DNA of 64,000 bases, from NCBI GenBank assembly GCA_946965045.2, contig OX337241.1, forward strand, positions 372,001 through 436,000, written 5' to 3'. The first letter of the stretch is position 1; each line of letters begins with the position of its first letter. The notes below the pieces were generated by a model. The model saw only the letters and a list, made by a program, of their open reading frames with translations. It was not told where the DNA came from and searched no databases. Position numbers and translations under genes: made by a program. The DNA is from Epithemia pelagica. Lineage: Eukaryota; Protista; Bacillariophyta. Of the stretch, positions 34,766-47,105 are shown in pieces.

Positions 34766-37700
34766 ATGGTATTATCCTCTGCGTTTGTTGGGTGGCTCGC
34801 CGCCTCCCGAACTACGACACGGCAACGTTGTTATTGTAATGGTTGGAGGAGGACAACGCCAGTGGCAGGATCGTGTGCCGTATCGGGACGAACCTCCGTT
34901 TGGGTGGGGAGGACGACGATGAGACACGTGGTGCATCGGTCATTGGCGTCCTGGTCGTCGTCGTCGTGCCAGCAGGGTGCTAGCCACAACAGCAGGTCCT
35001 TATTCTTGGATTCGTCGTCGTCCACCTCCTTCCTGCCGTCGTCGTTCGTGTCCACCACCACTCGAATACTACGACCCACCACAAACCATCAGCACCCTCG
35101 AACCATTCATACCGACCACCACAACCACAAGAACGACTCTGAGACTGTTGCTAGTAGTAGTAGTACTACGACTCTAGCAGAATCCAACCAGCAATCTCCT
35201 GCTGCTGCGACTGCGGGTGCTACGGATGTTGGAACGGAGGAGGGCCCTGCTGATACCACCATTGTCACTCCTCACCCACACCAAACTCCTCCTTCTACGA
35301 CCAGCACCAACACAAGGTCGTCGGAATGGATGCAACTGCAACAAGCTATCGTGGCACAACCCATTGGAAGCATGACCCCAGCCGATTGGAAACAAGCGCA
35401 CCAGTGGATGCAAACGCCCTTGCATCATTTGACGGATCGGTACGACAAACAGACCAAACCGAAAATGAAGAAACACAACAGGAACCACCACAACCACCAG
35501 ACTCAACCACAACCACAATCCTCCTCCTCCTCCTCCTTTGTGTACAAGACACCCTTGGTTTTGCAAGTTTGGGATCGATTGATTCAAGAGATTGAGGCCA
35601 CCACCGCCGCCAAGACGAAATCAGGCATGAATACGAATGATGATTCGTGTAGTAGTACGACCAGCAACAACCACCATTCGTTTGTGCCTCCCTGGAATGC
35701 CAATGACAAGAGCAAAAATGGCTTGTTGATGGGCATTCTCAAGGATTGGAAAACGGAATCCTTGCAGGCCTTGACAAAGGACGACCCAAACAACAATCAC
35801 AACCACACGTTGTTGGAGACACCGGTCCAACTGTGGAACCGACTGGTGCACGCTAGCCAGGTGGGCTTGTGGACCCCCCTGGACACACCCATGGTACCCG
35901 GACTGCTACTGTCCGTCTTGGCCCATCAAGCCGCATCGGCCCAAGACGTGCAAGACTTGATGAATCAATTTCTACAAGTGCAACAAGAACAACAACAAGC
36001 CGCATTGCAACAACAACAACAACAACAATCAGAGTCCCTCACAGAGGAGTCCATGGACCAGCATGACGAGAGCCACAACAACACTCCACTGCTTTCTCGC
36101 AACACTCATAATAACAACCACCGACCCGCTGTGCTGGTGGATGCCTGGACGTACAAGACGGTGGTTCTGGCCTGGCGTCGAGCCGGTCAAGCACACCACT
36201 GCGATCGATTGGTCCGACAATTGGTGCAGCAGCAACAACAATTGGTGCAACAACAACAACTCGAGGCGGGACATGGTATTCCGTCCACCAGCACCAGTAC
36301 CAGCAACACGGTCGTGACCGCTTCCCACGTGTTGAATGTCGCCTTGACCGCCTGGACGCAACAAGCGCTGGCGCAACAGTCGTTGTCGAATCATCCATCG
36401 GCATCCCATGCCACCTACCAGGCTTGGACCTTGTATCAAGATTTGAAACATATTTGTACCCCGGATTTGGTCTCCTTTCATTCCCTACTCAATATCTTGG
36501 CCAAACAATGGCGCCCCGATTTGGTCGACCAAGTGTTTCACGACGTGCAACAATTGTACCAACAGCACAATCGATTGGAGTTGCGACCCGACGTGCCCTT
36601 GTACCGCGTTCGATTGCAAGCGTGGGCGACCATTCTCACGGCGGCGTCGAGCCCAAAACGACAAGAACGACCACCCACAACAATTTCTCCCAAGGATCAA
36701 GATTATCAATCTCAATTGGAATTCAAGGCATGGAAAACGCATCGACACAAGGCACCCGAACAAGCCACACACGTCCTTCGAGAAATGATGCAAGTGCCTT
36801 GGATTGGTCTCCAGGATTCCGCAACATCGGATCCTTCCAAGAGCCATTCGGACTCATGGGTTCCCTTTGTGGATCACTCCAACAATCCTCCTCAGGATGA
36901 CAAAAAGAAACATACTATTGCACAACAGCAACGACAACAACGACGGCAGGGACGTCGTCGGTGGCATGCCGTTGATGTTACGGCCGTCCAGGGACCCAAC
37001 AAGTTGGATTTTGATCTCGTGTTGAAATGTTGGGCTCAATCCAAACGACCCGATGCCGGCGTGCAAGCCGAACAAGTCATGCGAGACATGCTGAAGTACC
37101 ACTCTCAACTTCAACAGCAACTTCAACAACGACAAGAGGACGGCGGCATTGTGGTGGATTGCTTTCCCAATGCCATGTCCTGGAATCATGTGTTGACGGC
37201 CCATCTCAAATCCGGTGCACCGGGTAGTTTGGAACGTGTCTATCAACTCTTTGTGGAATTGAAACAACAGCAACAATTGCTCCAACAGCAACCTGTCAAA
37301 GGCACTGACACCGCAGCAGCAGCATCGTTGGGTCACGTGGATTTGGATGTGGCCCTCTATACCACAGTCTTGCAAGCCTTGGTACGATCCCGAGATCCCA
37401 TGGCCTTGGAACGTGCCGAAGAACTCTTTCAAGAGCTCAAGCGACAAGAACAAGAACAACCAGCATCGTCCACTTTGTCGTCCACGTCGACACGGATTCA
37501 CCAAGTCGATGCCGTGGTCTATCAAGTCATGGTTCAAGTCGCGCACGAACGACAGGATCCTCAACGGATTGAAGAATTGTTTCACGAAATGAAAGAGACT
37601 CGTCGTATTCAGCCCTTGCAGTATTGTCATTGTTTGCGAGTCCAATCCTGGGCGGCCGCCGGATATCCGGAACACACGGCAGCGGCCCTCCAAGAATGGA

Positions 37701-38632
37701 GTCATCAAGCCTCCTTGCCGCCACGAATACCATCACCAGACCATGCGGACCAGCAACGACCCCTTCACGATGGTGGCAGGACCAAACCACCACGATCCCA
37801 GGATTATGATTCCGTCTTGCAAGCATGGTCGCACTGTGCCACGACACGACCGGATGCACCGGCTCAAGCAGAAGCAGAACTCCGTCGACGATGGGATCAA
37901 GTCCAGAATCCAGATCCGTCGTCGAATACGAATGCCGGGGCAATGGAACTGACACCGTCGGTCGTTTCCTATACCCATGTGTTGACAACCCTCGCTCGAT
38001 CGGGTGCCCCCCAAGCAGGAGTACAGGCACTCCGATTGTTGCGGGAATTGCAGCAATTGGCCAAAGGTTCCCATCATACCAATGAATCGGAACGGACATT
38101 GTCACGGGAAGAAAACACCAACTATGCATTGGCATATCGTTTCCAACCACCCTTGGACACTTATGTTCAAGTCATTTCCGCCATGTGTCGGTCGAGAAAT
38201 CAGTTTGCGGCTTCCACCACCTTACAAGCCAACAACAGCAATGACACCGACGACAATTCCACCACCACAACAACTCTAGCAACCACTACGCCCTCGTCGT
38301 CCGAGACGACTCCGGAGGAGGCCATTCAAGGCTTGATTACCGAACTGTACAATGTCCCTCATCCTCGCTTGTTTGGGGCCACATCATCAACCTCGACACC
38401 AATGAATGCTGAGGATGTGATACAATCCTTTGACAAAATGATGGGAGACATTCAAAGCAGTCTGTATCTACGGGATCCAGCTCAAAAGGAACGATTGTTG
38501 CACCAACTCGTTCAATTGCGACAATCCATCGTTCAAGATCATGCCGGCCAGGGCGGCGCTACAACTAGTAGTATGGTACAATCATCATCATCATCATCAC
38601 GGCGCTATCCGGACATGCGGGTCCATTCCTAG
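34766..38632 (+). CDS. PPR-like helical repeat protein, probably mitochondrion-targeted
   Basis: 1288-aa ORF with an R/S/T-rich N-terminus. About 35-aa repeats, e.g. PDLVSFHSLLNILAK, PNAMSWNHVLTAHLKSG, DVALYTTVLQALVRS, PSVVSYTHVLTTLARSG. Confidence 0.75.
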   Translation: MVLSSAFVGWLAASRTTTRQRCYCNGWRRTTPVAGSCAVSGRTSVWVGRTTMRHVVHRSLASWSSSSCQQGASHNSRSLFLDSSSSTSFLPSSFVSTTTRILRPTTNHQHPRTIHTDHHNHKNDSETVASSSSTTTLAESNQQSPAAATAGATDVGTEEGPADTTIVTPHPHQTPPSTTSTNTRSSEWMQLQQAIVAQPIGSMTPADWKQAHQWMQTPLHHLTDRYDKQTKPKMKKHNRNHHNHQTQPQPQSSSSSSFVYKTPLVLQVWDRLIQEIEATTAAKTKSGMNTNDDSCSSTTSNNHHSFVPPWNANDKSKNGLLMGILKDWKTESLQALTKDDPNNNHNHTLLETPVQLWNRLVHASQVGLWTPLDTPMVPGLLLSVLAHQAASAQDVQDLMNQFLQVQQEQQQAALQQQQQQQSESLTEESMDQHDESHNNTPLLSRNTHNNNHRPAVLVDAWTYKTVVLAWRRAGQAHHCDRLVRQLVQQQQQLVQQQQLEAGHGIPSTSTSTSNTVVTASHVLNVALTAWTQQALAQQSLSNHPSASHATYQAWTLYQDLKHICTPDLVSFHSLLNILAKQWRPDLVDQVFHDVQQLYQQHNRLELRPDVPLYRVRLQAWATILTAASSPKRQERPPTTISPKDQDYQSQLEFKAWKTHRHKAPEQATHVLREMMQVPWIGLQDSATSDPSKSHSDSWVPFVDHSNNPPQDDKKKHTIAQQQRQQRRQGRRRWHAVDVTAVQGPNKLDFDLVLKCWAQSKRPDAGVQAEQVMRDMLKYHSQLQQQLQQRQEDGGIVVDCFPNAMSWNHVLTAHLKSGAPGSLERVYQLFVELKQQQQLLQQQPVKGTDTAAAASLGHVDLDVALYTTVLQALVRSRDPMALERAEELFQELKRQEQEQPASSTLSSTSTRIHQVDAVVYQVMVQVAHERQDPQRIEELFHEMKETRRIQPLQYCHCLRVQSWAAAGYPEHTAAALQEWSHQASLPPRIPSPDHADQQRPLHDGGRTKPPRSQDYDSVLQAWSHCATTRPDAPAQAEAELRRRWDQVQNPDPSSNTNAGAMELTPSVVSYTHVLTTLARSGAPQAGVQALRLLRELQQLAKGSHHTNESERTLSREENTNYALAYRFQPPLDTYVQVISAMCRSRNQFAASTTLQANNSNDTDDNSTTTTTLATTTPSSSETTPEEAIQGLITELYNVPHPRLFGATSSTSTPMNAEDVIQSFDKMMGDIQSSLYLRDPAQKERLLHQLVQLRQSIVQDHAGQGGATTSSMVQSSSSSSRRYPDMRVHS

Positions 38633-39073
38633 TCAGAGGTTGGTAGTTTTTCCAAACCAGTTCCAGTCGTAAGAACGATCAGGTGTGCAAATGCATCGAA
38701 TGTGAGTGGTGCTTTTACTGGAAACCGTGTTTTATAATAATAGCAGATCAGGCATTCGCTGGAATGTGTTTCGCAGAAACAAAAGTACACGAACATTCTC
38801 CATCTTACAGCATTGTGAGCTTCTTTCTAGGCGAACTATAGCATCAAGTATAGCTAGTCCGAGTCACGAACAATTGTCCGCCTAGCAAGATAGCTATCCG
38901 AGTTGTTTCGTTTTCTAGGATCCCAGCAACCGTCCAGTCAGTGCGCCAGAGACGCCACGTACGTGGCTCGCGTCATGTTCTGAAATCAAAAACGAAAAAG
39001 ACAACCATGGCGTCACTCTTTGTTTCACAAACACTCTGTTGGAATCGACCCCATCATTGCAAAGACTTTTGGC

Positions 39074-39997
39074 ATGATGCGGGATTCTTGGTCGTCTTCG
39101 TTTGGCACCTTGCCTCCGTTTCATCGGAGTACGGCTTGTGTTGTCCTGTTTCTCTCGTTCCTCTGTTTGGAGCAGACACAACCAGTGCACGCCTTGCAAA
39201 CGCTCTGGAACAATTTCCCCCAAACCATGCCCAGTCCGGTAGAGTTCTTGTTTCCATCGACCAGTAGTAACCAAAAGAAGAACAAGCAGCAACGAGAATT
39301 GGAAGACGAATTGCTTTCCTTGATTGATCGTCAAGGTCAACGATTGGCCAATTCGGACGAGATTTCGCGACTGGTGATGGAATTGGAAGAACAAAATCCC
39401 ACATCCGAACCAGCCATTGCCCCTCAAGTGTATGGACGATGGAAACTCTTGTACACCACCAATGCCGATACCAGCAGTCCTATCCAACGAAAGGCCGTCG
39501 ATGCCCAAACCTTTACCATTTACCAAGATATTCTCGTGGTCGACTCCAAGGAGGACGACAACCAGCAACAACCACAACAAGTCTTGCAAGTCAATCAAGT
39601 CGTGGAATTTTCCGATCGCATCCGGTTGAGTGTAGATGCATTGGCGTCGACATTGGCCTATCCGTTGGCTGAATTGACGGCTCGACAAGGGACGGGCAAA
39701 ATTTTGGGCATTAATGTTTTGGGTGTGAGTTTGGTCGGCGAAGAAGCTCAACCCGATCCGTCTCGTCCCAATTCTCGTATTGACTTTGTCTTTGATGAGG
39801 GCAATTTCATGATTATGGGCGAAAACGACAAGGACAAACCCCTCTTTCAAGTCCCTTATCCAGTACCCTTTCGATGGCCCATCTTCCGTGATGCCGTCAA
39901 GGGATGGATTGATATTACCTATCTTAGTGACCGACTCCGCATCGCGCGAGGAAACAAGGGGACCACATTTATTTTAGAGAAACAACCAGAACAATAA
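39074..39997 (+). CDS. PAP/fibrillin (plastid lipid-associated) protein
   Basis: ELEEQNPT...YGRWKLLYTT and GWIDITYLSDRLRIARGNKGTTFIL. The N-terminal hydrophobic signal ends in VHA-L. Confidence 0.88.
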   Translation: MMRDSWSSSFGTLPPFHRSTACVVLFLSFLCLEQTQPVHALQTLWNNFPQTMPSPVEFLFPSTSSNQKKNKQQRELEDELLSLIDRQGQRLANSDEISRLVMELEEQNPTSEPAIAPQVYGRWKLLYTTNADTSSPIQRKAVDAQTFTIYQDILVVDSKEDDNQQQPQQVLQVNQVVEFSDRIRLSVDALASTLAYPLAELTARQGTGKILGINVLGVSLVGEEAQPDPSRPNSRIDFVFDEGNFMIMGENDKDKPLFQVPYPVPFRWPIFRDAVKGWIDITYLSDRLRIARGNKGTTFILEKQPEQ

Positions 39998-40637
39998 ACA
40001 AGAGAAATAGGAGCTTGGTCACTAGAGGCTTGCGTGATTCGAAATGACTAGGAATAATATTCTATCAACTCAAAACCTTGCAGAAAGACTCGTTACAGAA
40101 GGAAAGACCAGCCGAAATGTGTACTTTTGAGATTGTCTGCCCCTTGTTGTCCTTTTTCTCCATTATGTTTTTGCCGGATGGACGACTCACGCGAGGAATC
40201 CACGTTTAGAATAGAGGCAAATCAGGTTCAGATTGGCTCGCTGATTGGCCGGATAGATGGCTCTTGATTTTCAAACAAGGATCAAAAGAGCAAGGGGCAC
40301 CAAAGGTTGATGGCCCGTTTTATAGTGTCCTCGATGAGTCTGGTGTTGGAAGATTTTCAAAAAGTAGTAACACCCAGAATCTCCATTCGGCTTGTTGGTC
40401 GTGCCGTGAAAAAACGAAAATGGGTCGGTACGCTCTCTTGACATTCTCGCTCTGTCGTTTTTGTTGGATCGAAAGTCCATCATCATAGTTGTGCTTGACT
40501 ACCAGAAACGGTTCGAACAGTTTGAAGAAACGGTTGTGTGAACTTGTTGCCTTTGTTCCTTTTTCAAACTCTGGGTGGTAGTGACATGTTGAATTCTGTG
40601 GGGAAAAAAGTGGCACACACATGCCAGTCGTTTGTGG

Positions 40638-42573
40638 TCATGTCACAATTGTAGGCACCAAGGATCGAACGAGGCCAAACAGAGTCGTACTCCTCGTTTG
40701 CGATGAAGCAGGGTCACAATAATCTGGGGTGGAAGAAGCAACCGTAGCACGAGCACAAGACGAATGCTGCTGGGCCCACTTTTCCAAGAGCCATGGAAGG
40801 ACCGAACACAGACTCTTGTGGTGTCGCGAGTGATTTCGGGTGGGTACAACCGTCGATGTACCAGCACTGACACTGTCGTCTTGTTCTTGTGGTGGTGGGA
40901 CAAACTGCACCAAATCAGCCACCGCTGCAGGATAGGCTTGCACCAACAACCTCCACCAGCAACAACCACCACCACCATCGGCCTCGTCGGCAGAGGAGGA
41001 GGAGGTGACCAAGATGGGATTTTGCAAGGCCAACTCGAGGGGCAAGACTCCATCCGACTGTCGTCGACACGAAGCGGCCGCCGTGGCGGCTGGGTGGTAC
41101 TCGTTGGTACTAGTATTCTTGATAGGGAATCCCATGCATTGCCACACGAGTTGAAATCCTTGTGTGGTTGCATATTGAGCTGCCCAATGCAACGGTGTGC
41201 CATCCATAGTGTCGTGGGTTTTGTTGGTGGCATTGACGTGGCAAACGTTGGAGGTCGTCTCGTTGGAAGGGCAAGGATGATACAGGGCAAAAAGAATGGG
41301 TTGGTATACCAAAATGGCATATTCTTGCAGGGATGGTGGACGATGAGAATGACACAAGGCGGCACGTACTACCCGAAAGGGTTGATTGTCCAGAACGTCG
41401 TCCTGGGTGGTGATGGTGTTGTCATTTGGAGGAGAGTGAGAAGAGGAGGCGTCTGACTGTTTCATCACGACTACCAGAGGAGTTTGTTCATATTCGGCCA
41501 CGAGCAAAACACTGGCAATTTTCCAAAAGTGTGTGTATCGATAATTGTCCAATTCCGCTTGCCACGACTCCAAGGACGACGACGAGGATGGTTCTGGTTG
41601 TTGATGCAGGAGCAACCCCGTCCGCATACGATTGCGTCGGGTTTGACAGACGTTCAAATTTTTGCGCAAATTCCAAACTTCCAACGGTTTGACGCCATAG
41701 AGAGGATCGGGTCGGGTCGTGATTGAGACACCTAGCGGAGTTTTCAACAAAGCGACAAAGGCATTCACATCGGCATGTCCATACCCCGTCAACAAGTGCA
41801 AGGGATAGCGAGGTCGGGGATACGACGAGGATGGTGACGAAGACCAAGCCATTGCAACCGCTTCTGGATAGGCTTGTACCAAACAGTCCAAGACAGCGGC
41901 TGAAGCGCGATACGAGCAGGCCACTGAGAAAAAAGATGAAGCAAAACATGCCAAAGAATACAAGACGATGAGGAATGTTTTGTGGATCGGAATCCATGCA
42001 ACAAACGTTCCAAACGATACATTTCTCATGTGCTTGTTGCATGCAGCATCGCAAAACGGACGTACCATGCAAGGGCAAACATCCTTGCGCGTTGGCAGTC
42101 TGGGCCAACTCGGGACAAGCGCGAAGCAACTGTTGTACCACTGTCACGGGTGGATTGCCAAACACGGTCCAATGCAACTGGGTATCTCCCGTGTTATCGT
42201 CCACAAACTGTACCGAGACTTCGTGAGGATGGGTTTGACACCGATATTCCAAGGCCACCCACGCCCATTGACGAGCCAAATGATAGGCCAATGGTTTGTG
42301 TTGGTTGCTGCGGTTGTTGTCGATTGAAGGCAAAGTTTCTGGATTATCGTTGTTGTTACCTTCCGAGCTGGATCTCCTGTTATTGTTGGACCGAGAAGCG
42401 GGGGCGTCGACCACTTGCACTTGAGGAAGAGAGATTGTGACTCCATCATGAACGACCACATCTTCGTCATTCTCCGTGTCCTTGCTTCGTCTTCGAATTC
42501 GTTGCCAAACCCGACGCAAGGACTGCTTGGAGGGCATCCACGGCAACGAAGAGGAGGAGGAGGAGGAGGACAT
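40638..42573 (-). CDS. Ankyrin-like repeat protein (diatom G-x-LPLH family), about 597 aa, 2 exons
   Basis: Exons 42573-42066 and 41923-40638; intron 42065-41924 (GTACGT...CTCAG). Splicing restores GCLPLHVACSYRASAAVLDCLVQAYPEAV. Also GDTQLHW, GTPLHWAAQY, DGVLPLELAL. Confidence 0.8.
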
Positions 42574-43046
42574 CTGCTGATGAAGTTTCGGTATAGTTTT
42601 GGAAGCGATTGCTTAAGCCTCTTGGAACGAACCTTCACGGTTCAAGCATTGGATGATCACAAAGAGATGAGGACAATGATGAAATAAGACTTAGATAGGA
42701 TTTCTGTCAAATTCGATTCTTCATCCTCCATGGTCGCCGTCAGCAGACTTCAGGTTTTGGGGGTATCACCCCCAAAATTTGTGCTCGAATCACACGCCCG
42801 CTAAAACTAAAATGGGAAGGAAACTATGTTTGATGTTTGATAGGAAAAACTATTCCTGAGTATGATTCTGTTGGAACAAAACCACAAACGGACCCAATTA
42901 TGGATACGATGATAGATAGGATGATTCTAAGGATTTCCATATTCCCTCCCGTTTCTAATGGAACCATATTTGTATGGTCATTGGATGCAAGGGACCGAGA
43001 ATTTCTTTATAGGTACAGATGGTCTGTGTGCCATTGATAAATTGTA

Positions 43047-45675
43047 TTAGTTAGATAGGGATGGGTCGTTCCGGACCAGGACAAGACGTTGCAACTCAAT
43101 CACCTTGGCCCGTAATTCTTGTCGTACATTCATGGAAAAGAGGGGAGAATCCGCAGCATTGACCATTTTGTTCACGGACCGTTCCAGTTCCTTTCGTCGC
43201 GTCGCAGGGTCCTGTGCCGAGGACCATCTCTTGGTAATAGTAGCCGCATTGTGTCCCTGCTGCTGTTGTTGCTCGAGTTGCCCACGGGCCTCTTGACACA
43301 ACGAGTCCAACAACGTGTGCATCTCGTGAGCGGCTTGTTGGGGATCTACCGCCGTCGATAAACTCAAGGCGGAAAGGACAGTTGCATACGTCATCATGGT
43401 CGGTTGCATGGAACCTCGCTTGGAGTGATGGTGTTGTTGTTCTTCTTGTTCTTGTTGATGCAGTTGATTCATTTCATGCAACAATCGCAGGGCTTCTTGG
43501 CCCGCTTGTGGCAACCCCAATTTGACATGACCACCCATGAGAATGGTATAGGACGATGCCGTGGGTGCACCGCTCCAAAAGTGTGAGGTTTGGACAAAGT
43601 TCCACATGTCTCGCACTACCTGTTCGGCTTGTTGCAGAGCCTGTTGCCGATGCTGCACGACGTCAGCGTTAATAGAACTCATCAAGTCCATGTCGGAGCT
43701 CGCAGAAATACCGTCCGCCATGTTGTTGTTGTGCTGGAACCCCCATCGAATCCAAGCATGGAGCAAATGATTCCAGTCATGTGTTTTGGGAGGATGAAGG
43801 GAAAAGCGTGTCGTGCTGCCGGGCTCTGGATAGTGTTCTTCTTGGTCTTGGGCATCGGCAATCCACTCCTTGAGCGCTTGTGCCGTTTGATGCGGATTGC
43901 CCGCCAGGGACCAAGCCTCCACACGATGAAGATGACAATATCGGGAGGGCCGCAATCCTTGCCCTTGTTTCTTCATTTCTTGAAACAAGGCTTCGACTCG
44001 TTCGGGAAGTTGTTGCTGGACGGCAAGTTCCATCATGTTTTGATATACAACCTCATCGAGTGCTTGGGTCGAGGAAAGTTTGCGTTTGCGTGCCGGAAGT
44101 GAATGAGACGGCTGGAATCCATGAACTTGTTGTTGTTGTTCTTGTTGTTGCATGCCTTTGAGATGCTCAAAGAGTTCCCAGGCACGCTCTTGTGCCCATG
44201 GATCCTGGGAAGCCGCGGCAATCAAGGATTGGAGGACGGTCGTATGGACCGCCAAATCCAGGGGAATGTGGGGAAATTGACGGGAAAACTGTTGCCACAA
44301 TTGATAGACCCGACCATGAGCGTGGCATCGCGCATGCGCCGTGAGTACCATGTTGACGGTGACGGCATCGGGACAACACTGAGCGACCCACGGGGGACGC
44401 AGGGGTTGGGAGGAGGACGCCCACAATGACGATTGTGGGAGAGTGGTGTCACACACTTGAATCATGTGTTCCAGTACTTGTTCGGCCTTGTATCCGGCTT
44501 GGGCATGTTGGGATCGACACCACGCACGCAAGACCATGTCACAATCCAATTTGTTGGGCAGGCCATTGGGACCACCACGAGAACCGGGAGGAAGAGGAGG
44601 AATGGTGGTCATTGAGTCATGGTTGTGGCTCACTACTACAGACTCGGCAACGGCGGCATCGAGCATTTCCTTCAAGGCTTGAGTGGCCATTTCCGCATGT
44701 GGGTGGCCTCCATTGCGATTGGCCGCCCAGGCACTAATGCGCAACCGATGGGTTTCCCACGTGGGTGGACCACAACCACCACCCATGGCGTCGCTCCTGG
44801 ATTTGTTGTTGTTGTTGTTGTTGTTCGTTTGCATTGCTTGAAACAAGTCTTCCACTTGATCGGGACGTTGCACACGATACCACATTTGGATCAAGGTATG
44901 CATCAGGGGAGTATCGGCAACCATATCGAAGGAAGCGTAGCGTGCCGTATCTTGAAGCAATTGATACAGTTCCATGGCCCGTTCGGCTGCCTGAATGTCC
45001 GACTCTTGTGTCCTTATTGTCGTGGTGGAATTTTCCTTCCCATCCGTGCCCTGGAAATTGGGTTGGGGAGAAAATGTGGCACGATGATTCTTGAATGCCA
45101 ATGACGACGACGACGATAGTTGTTCGGCCCACGCGGCAATGGCCGTTTGAAACAATCGAACATCCTTGGCTTGCACCAAAATTTGACCCTGTTGAACGCG
45201 TCGACAGTATTCTTGGACCAAGGCGTGACATTCTTGGGGTCGCTTGGCTTGACGCCAGGCTTGGAGTACCGTATAAAAGGCCAGTCCATCCGGTGCGAGC
45301 GCCTTCCACAAGGAGGAGGACGACGATGCGTCGACTGAATTCGGGTGATTGTGGTCGTGGTCCTCCTCCATGGGTTCGTCCTTCCAAGAAGCAGCAGCAG
45401 CATTGTCGTCATGAATGGGTGTTGGTGTTGGAGGAGAATGATTCATGGACTGCAACATCATGTCTTGTAATTCTTGGGGACTGTATCGGGGGAACATGCC
45501 ATTGAGTAACAGACCATAATAGGCAGATCGAGGAGGGAACAAACCAGCTTGGACATAGGTTTGAATTTTGTGCAAGAGAGTGTAGGGACACGAGACTTGA
45601 TGCAATGGCATTGTCATGGTAGGAGTATCCGTCAGTGGTGGTGAAAGAATCGTTTCTGGCTGCTCGTCTTGTTGA

Positions 45676-45711
<36 letters not shown>

Positions 45712-46592
45712 GGAACATGGTTGTTGGCCGTCCAAATGGGGGAGGAGGGCGTCGTACTACTGGTACGGTCCGTGGCCAGAATGTGCCATTTTCGCAAGGC
45801 ATGAATCAAGAGGGTCGGTGACCAACTTGTTCGAACAGGAGGTGCCGAAAAAGAGGAAAACGAGGCACTGTCATGTTCCTTCTCCTTCTGCCCCTCCTCC
45901 TCAGGCATAAGTGGTTTCAGGAGTGGTTCTTGTTGTTTCAGCAAGACCAATTGATCCAACAAACAAAAGACGTGTGGGGCATGAGGATGCAATTCCACCA
46001 CGTTGCGATAGGCTTGAAAGATGCGATTGGCTTGATTCCAATACCGGGTCCAAGTTGGTCCATCCAATACTACTGGCATGTCGTTGTTGGTGTCATAGTT
46101 GGTGGTGTGGTGATGCAACTCGGTCCACAAGGATTCCACGGCTGGAATCCATTGGGATGCCGACTCAAAAAAGACATTGTCGTAATTGTGGTCGTCAGTC
46201 GTCGTATCCGATTGGGACGACAAGGATGAAGTGGGTGGTGGATTGGGAGAATCCGTCCTTGTTGTTGTTGGGGATGGCAGAGAAGTTGAGGATTCTGGTG
46301 TCAAAGCATTGGATGACTCGTTTGACAAGGCTTGTAGAGTCGAAAAGCAAGAAGAATAAGAGACTCGCGGGAAATTCCTCTGAGCTCCAATCGTATGTTG
46401 TCGACCACTTGGCCAAACGCAACTGCTACTACAAGCCGTCCGGATGCTGGTGGTCGTTCTTCTTGTCTGCAGCAGACTCTTTTGCAACCATCTCGATTCA
46501 TTGTTGTAGCATGGAGGGCGGTGTATCCTAGAAAGCAAGTGTCGACGAGCAATAATAGTCTCCATGGTATAGATAGAGTGCAAATGGTACAT
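43047..46592 (-). CDS. PPR-like helical repeat protein, probably mitochondrion-targeted (paralog of 34766-38632)
   Basis: 1181-aa ORF with repeats PDGLAFYTVLQAW, PDAVTVNMVLTAHAR, DLAVHTTVLQSL, PTASSYTILMGGHVKLG, PTMMTYATVLSAL. Confidence 0.75.
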
Positions 46593-47105
46593 CGTTTTGT
46601 TCTTCGCGTTGTCTCTCTCTCGTTCGATCCAAGGTCAGTCACTGTAGGCAAAGAACCACTCTTCGTAGATGTGTTCTCTCTGTCTTTCTCTCTCTCTCTC
46701 TTGGAAACCGGTACACCACAATGGGTTTGTGGTTCCTTCAGACTTGAGTTTGTCCCTGCGGCAAATCGTCGTCGTCGTCGTCGTCGTCGTTCGACTTTCT
46801 CTGAAAAGAATAAAAAGATACGATTTTGTTCGCGCGTCTCGCCGTGTGGCTTGGCACTGGGATGTGTGGTCGGTTCTTTGCTCAAGGTCTTGCCATCGCA
46901 CGGCTATGTACATAGAGGGTCCCATAGTATAGAGAAGTGTGTACGCTGTCGTCTAGTAGAGCCTGAGACGAATGAGACGATGAATCTCGAACGTCAATCG
47001 AGACGGAAGCAGTCCATCCCTCTGTTGTCCTCTATAGTATTGAAGAAGTCTCACGAATCTATTCGAAAAGAAGTTATATAGATAGGTTTTTATCGTCCGG
47101 GGTAT

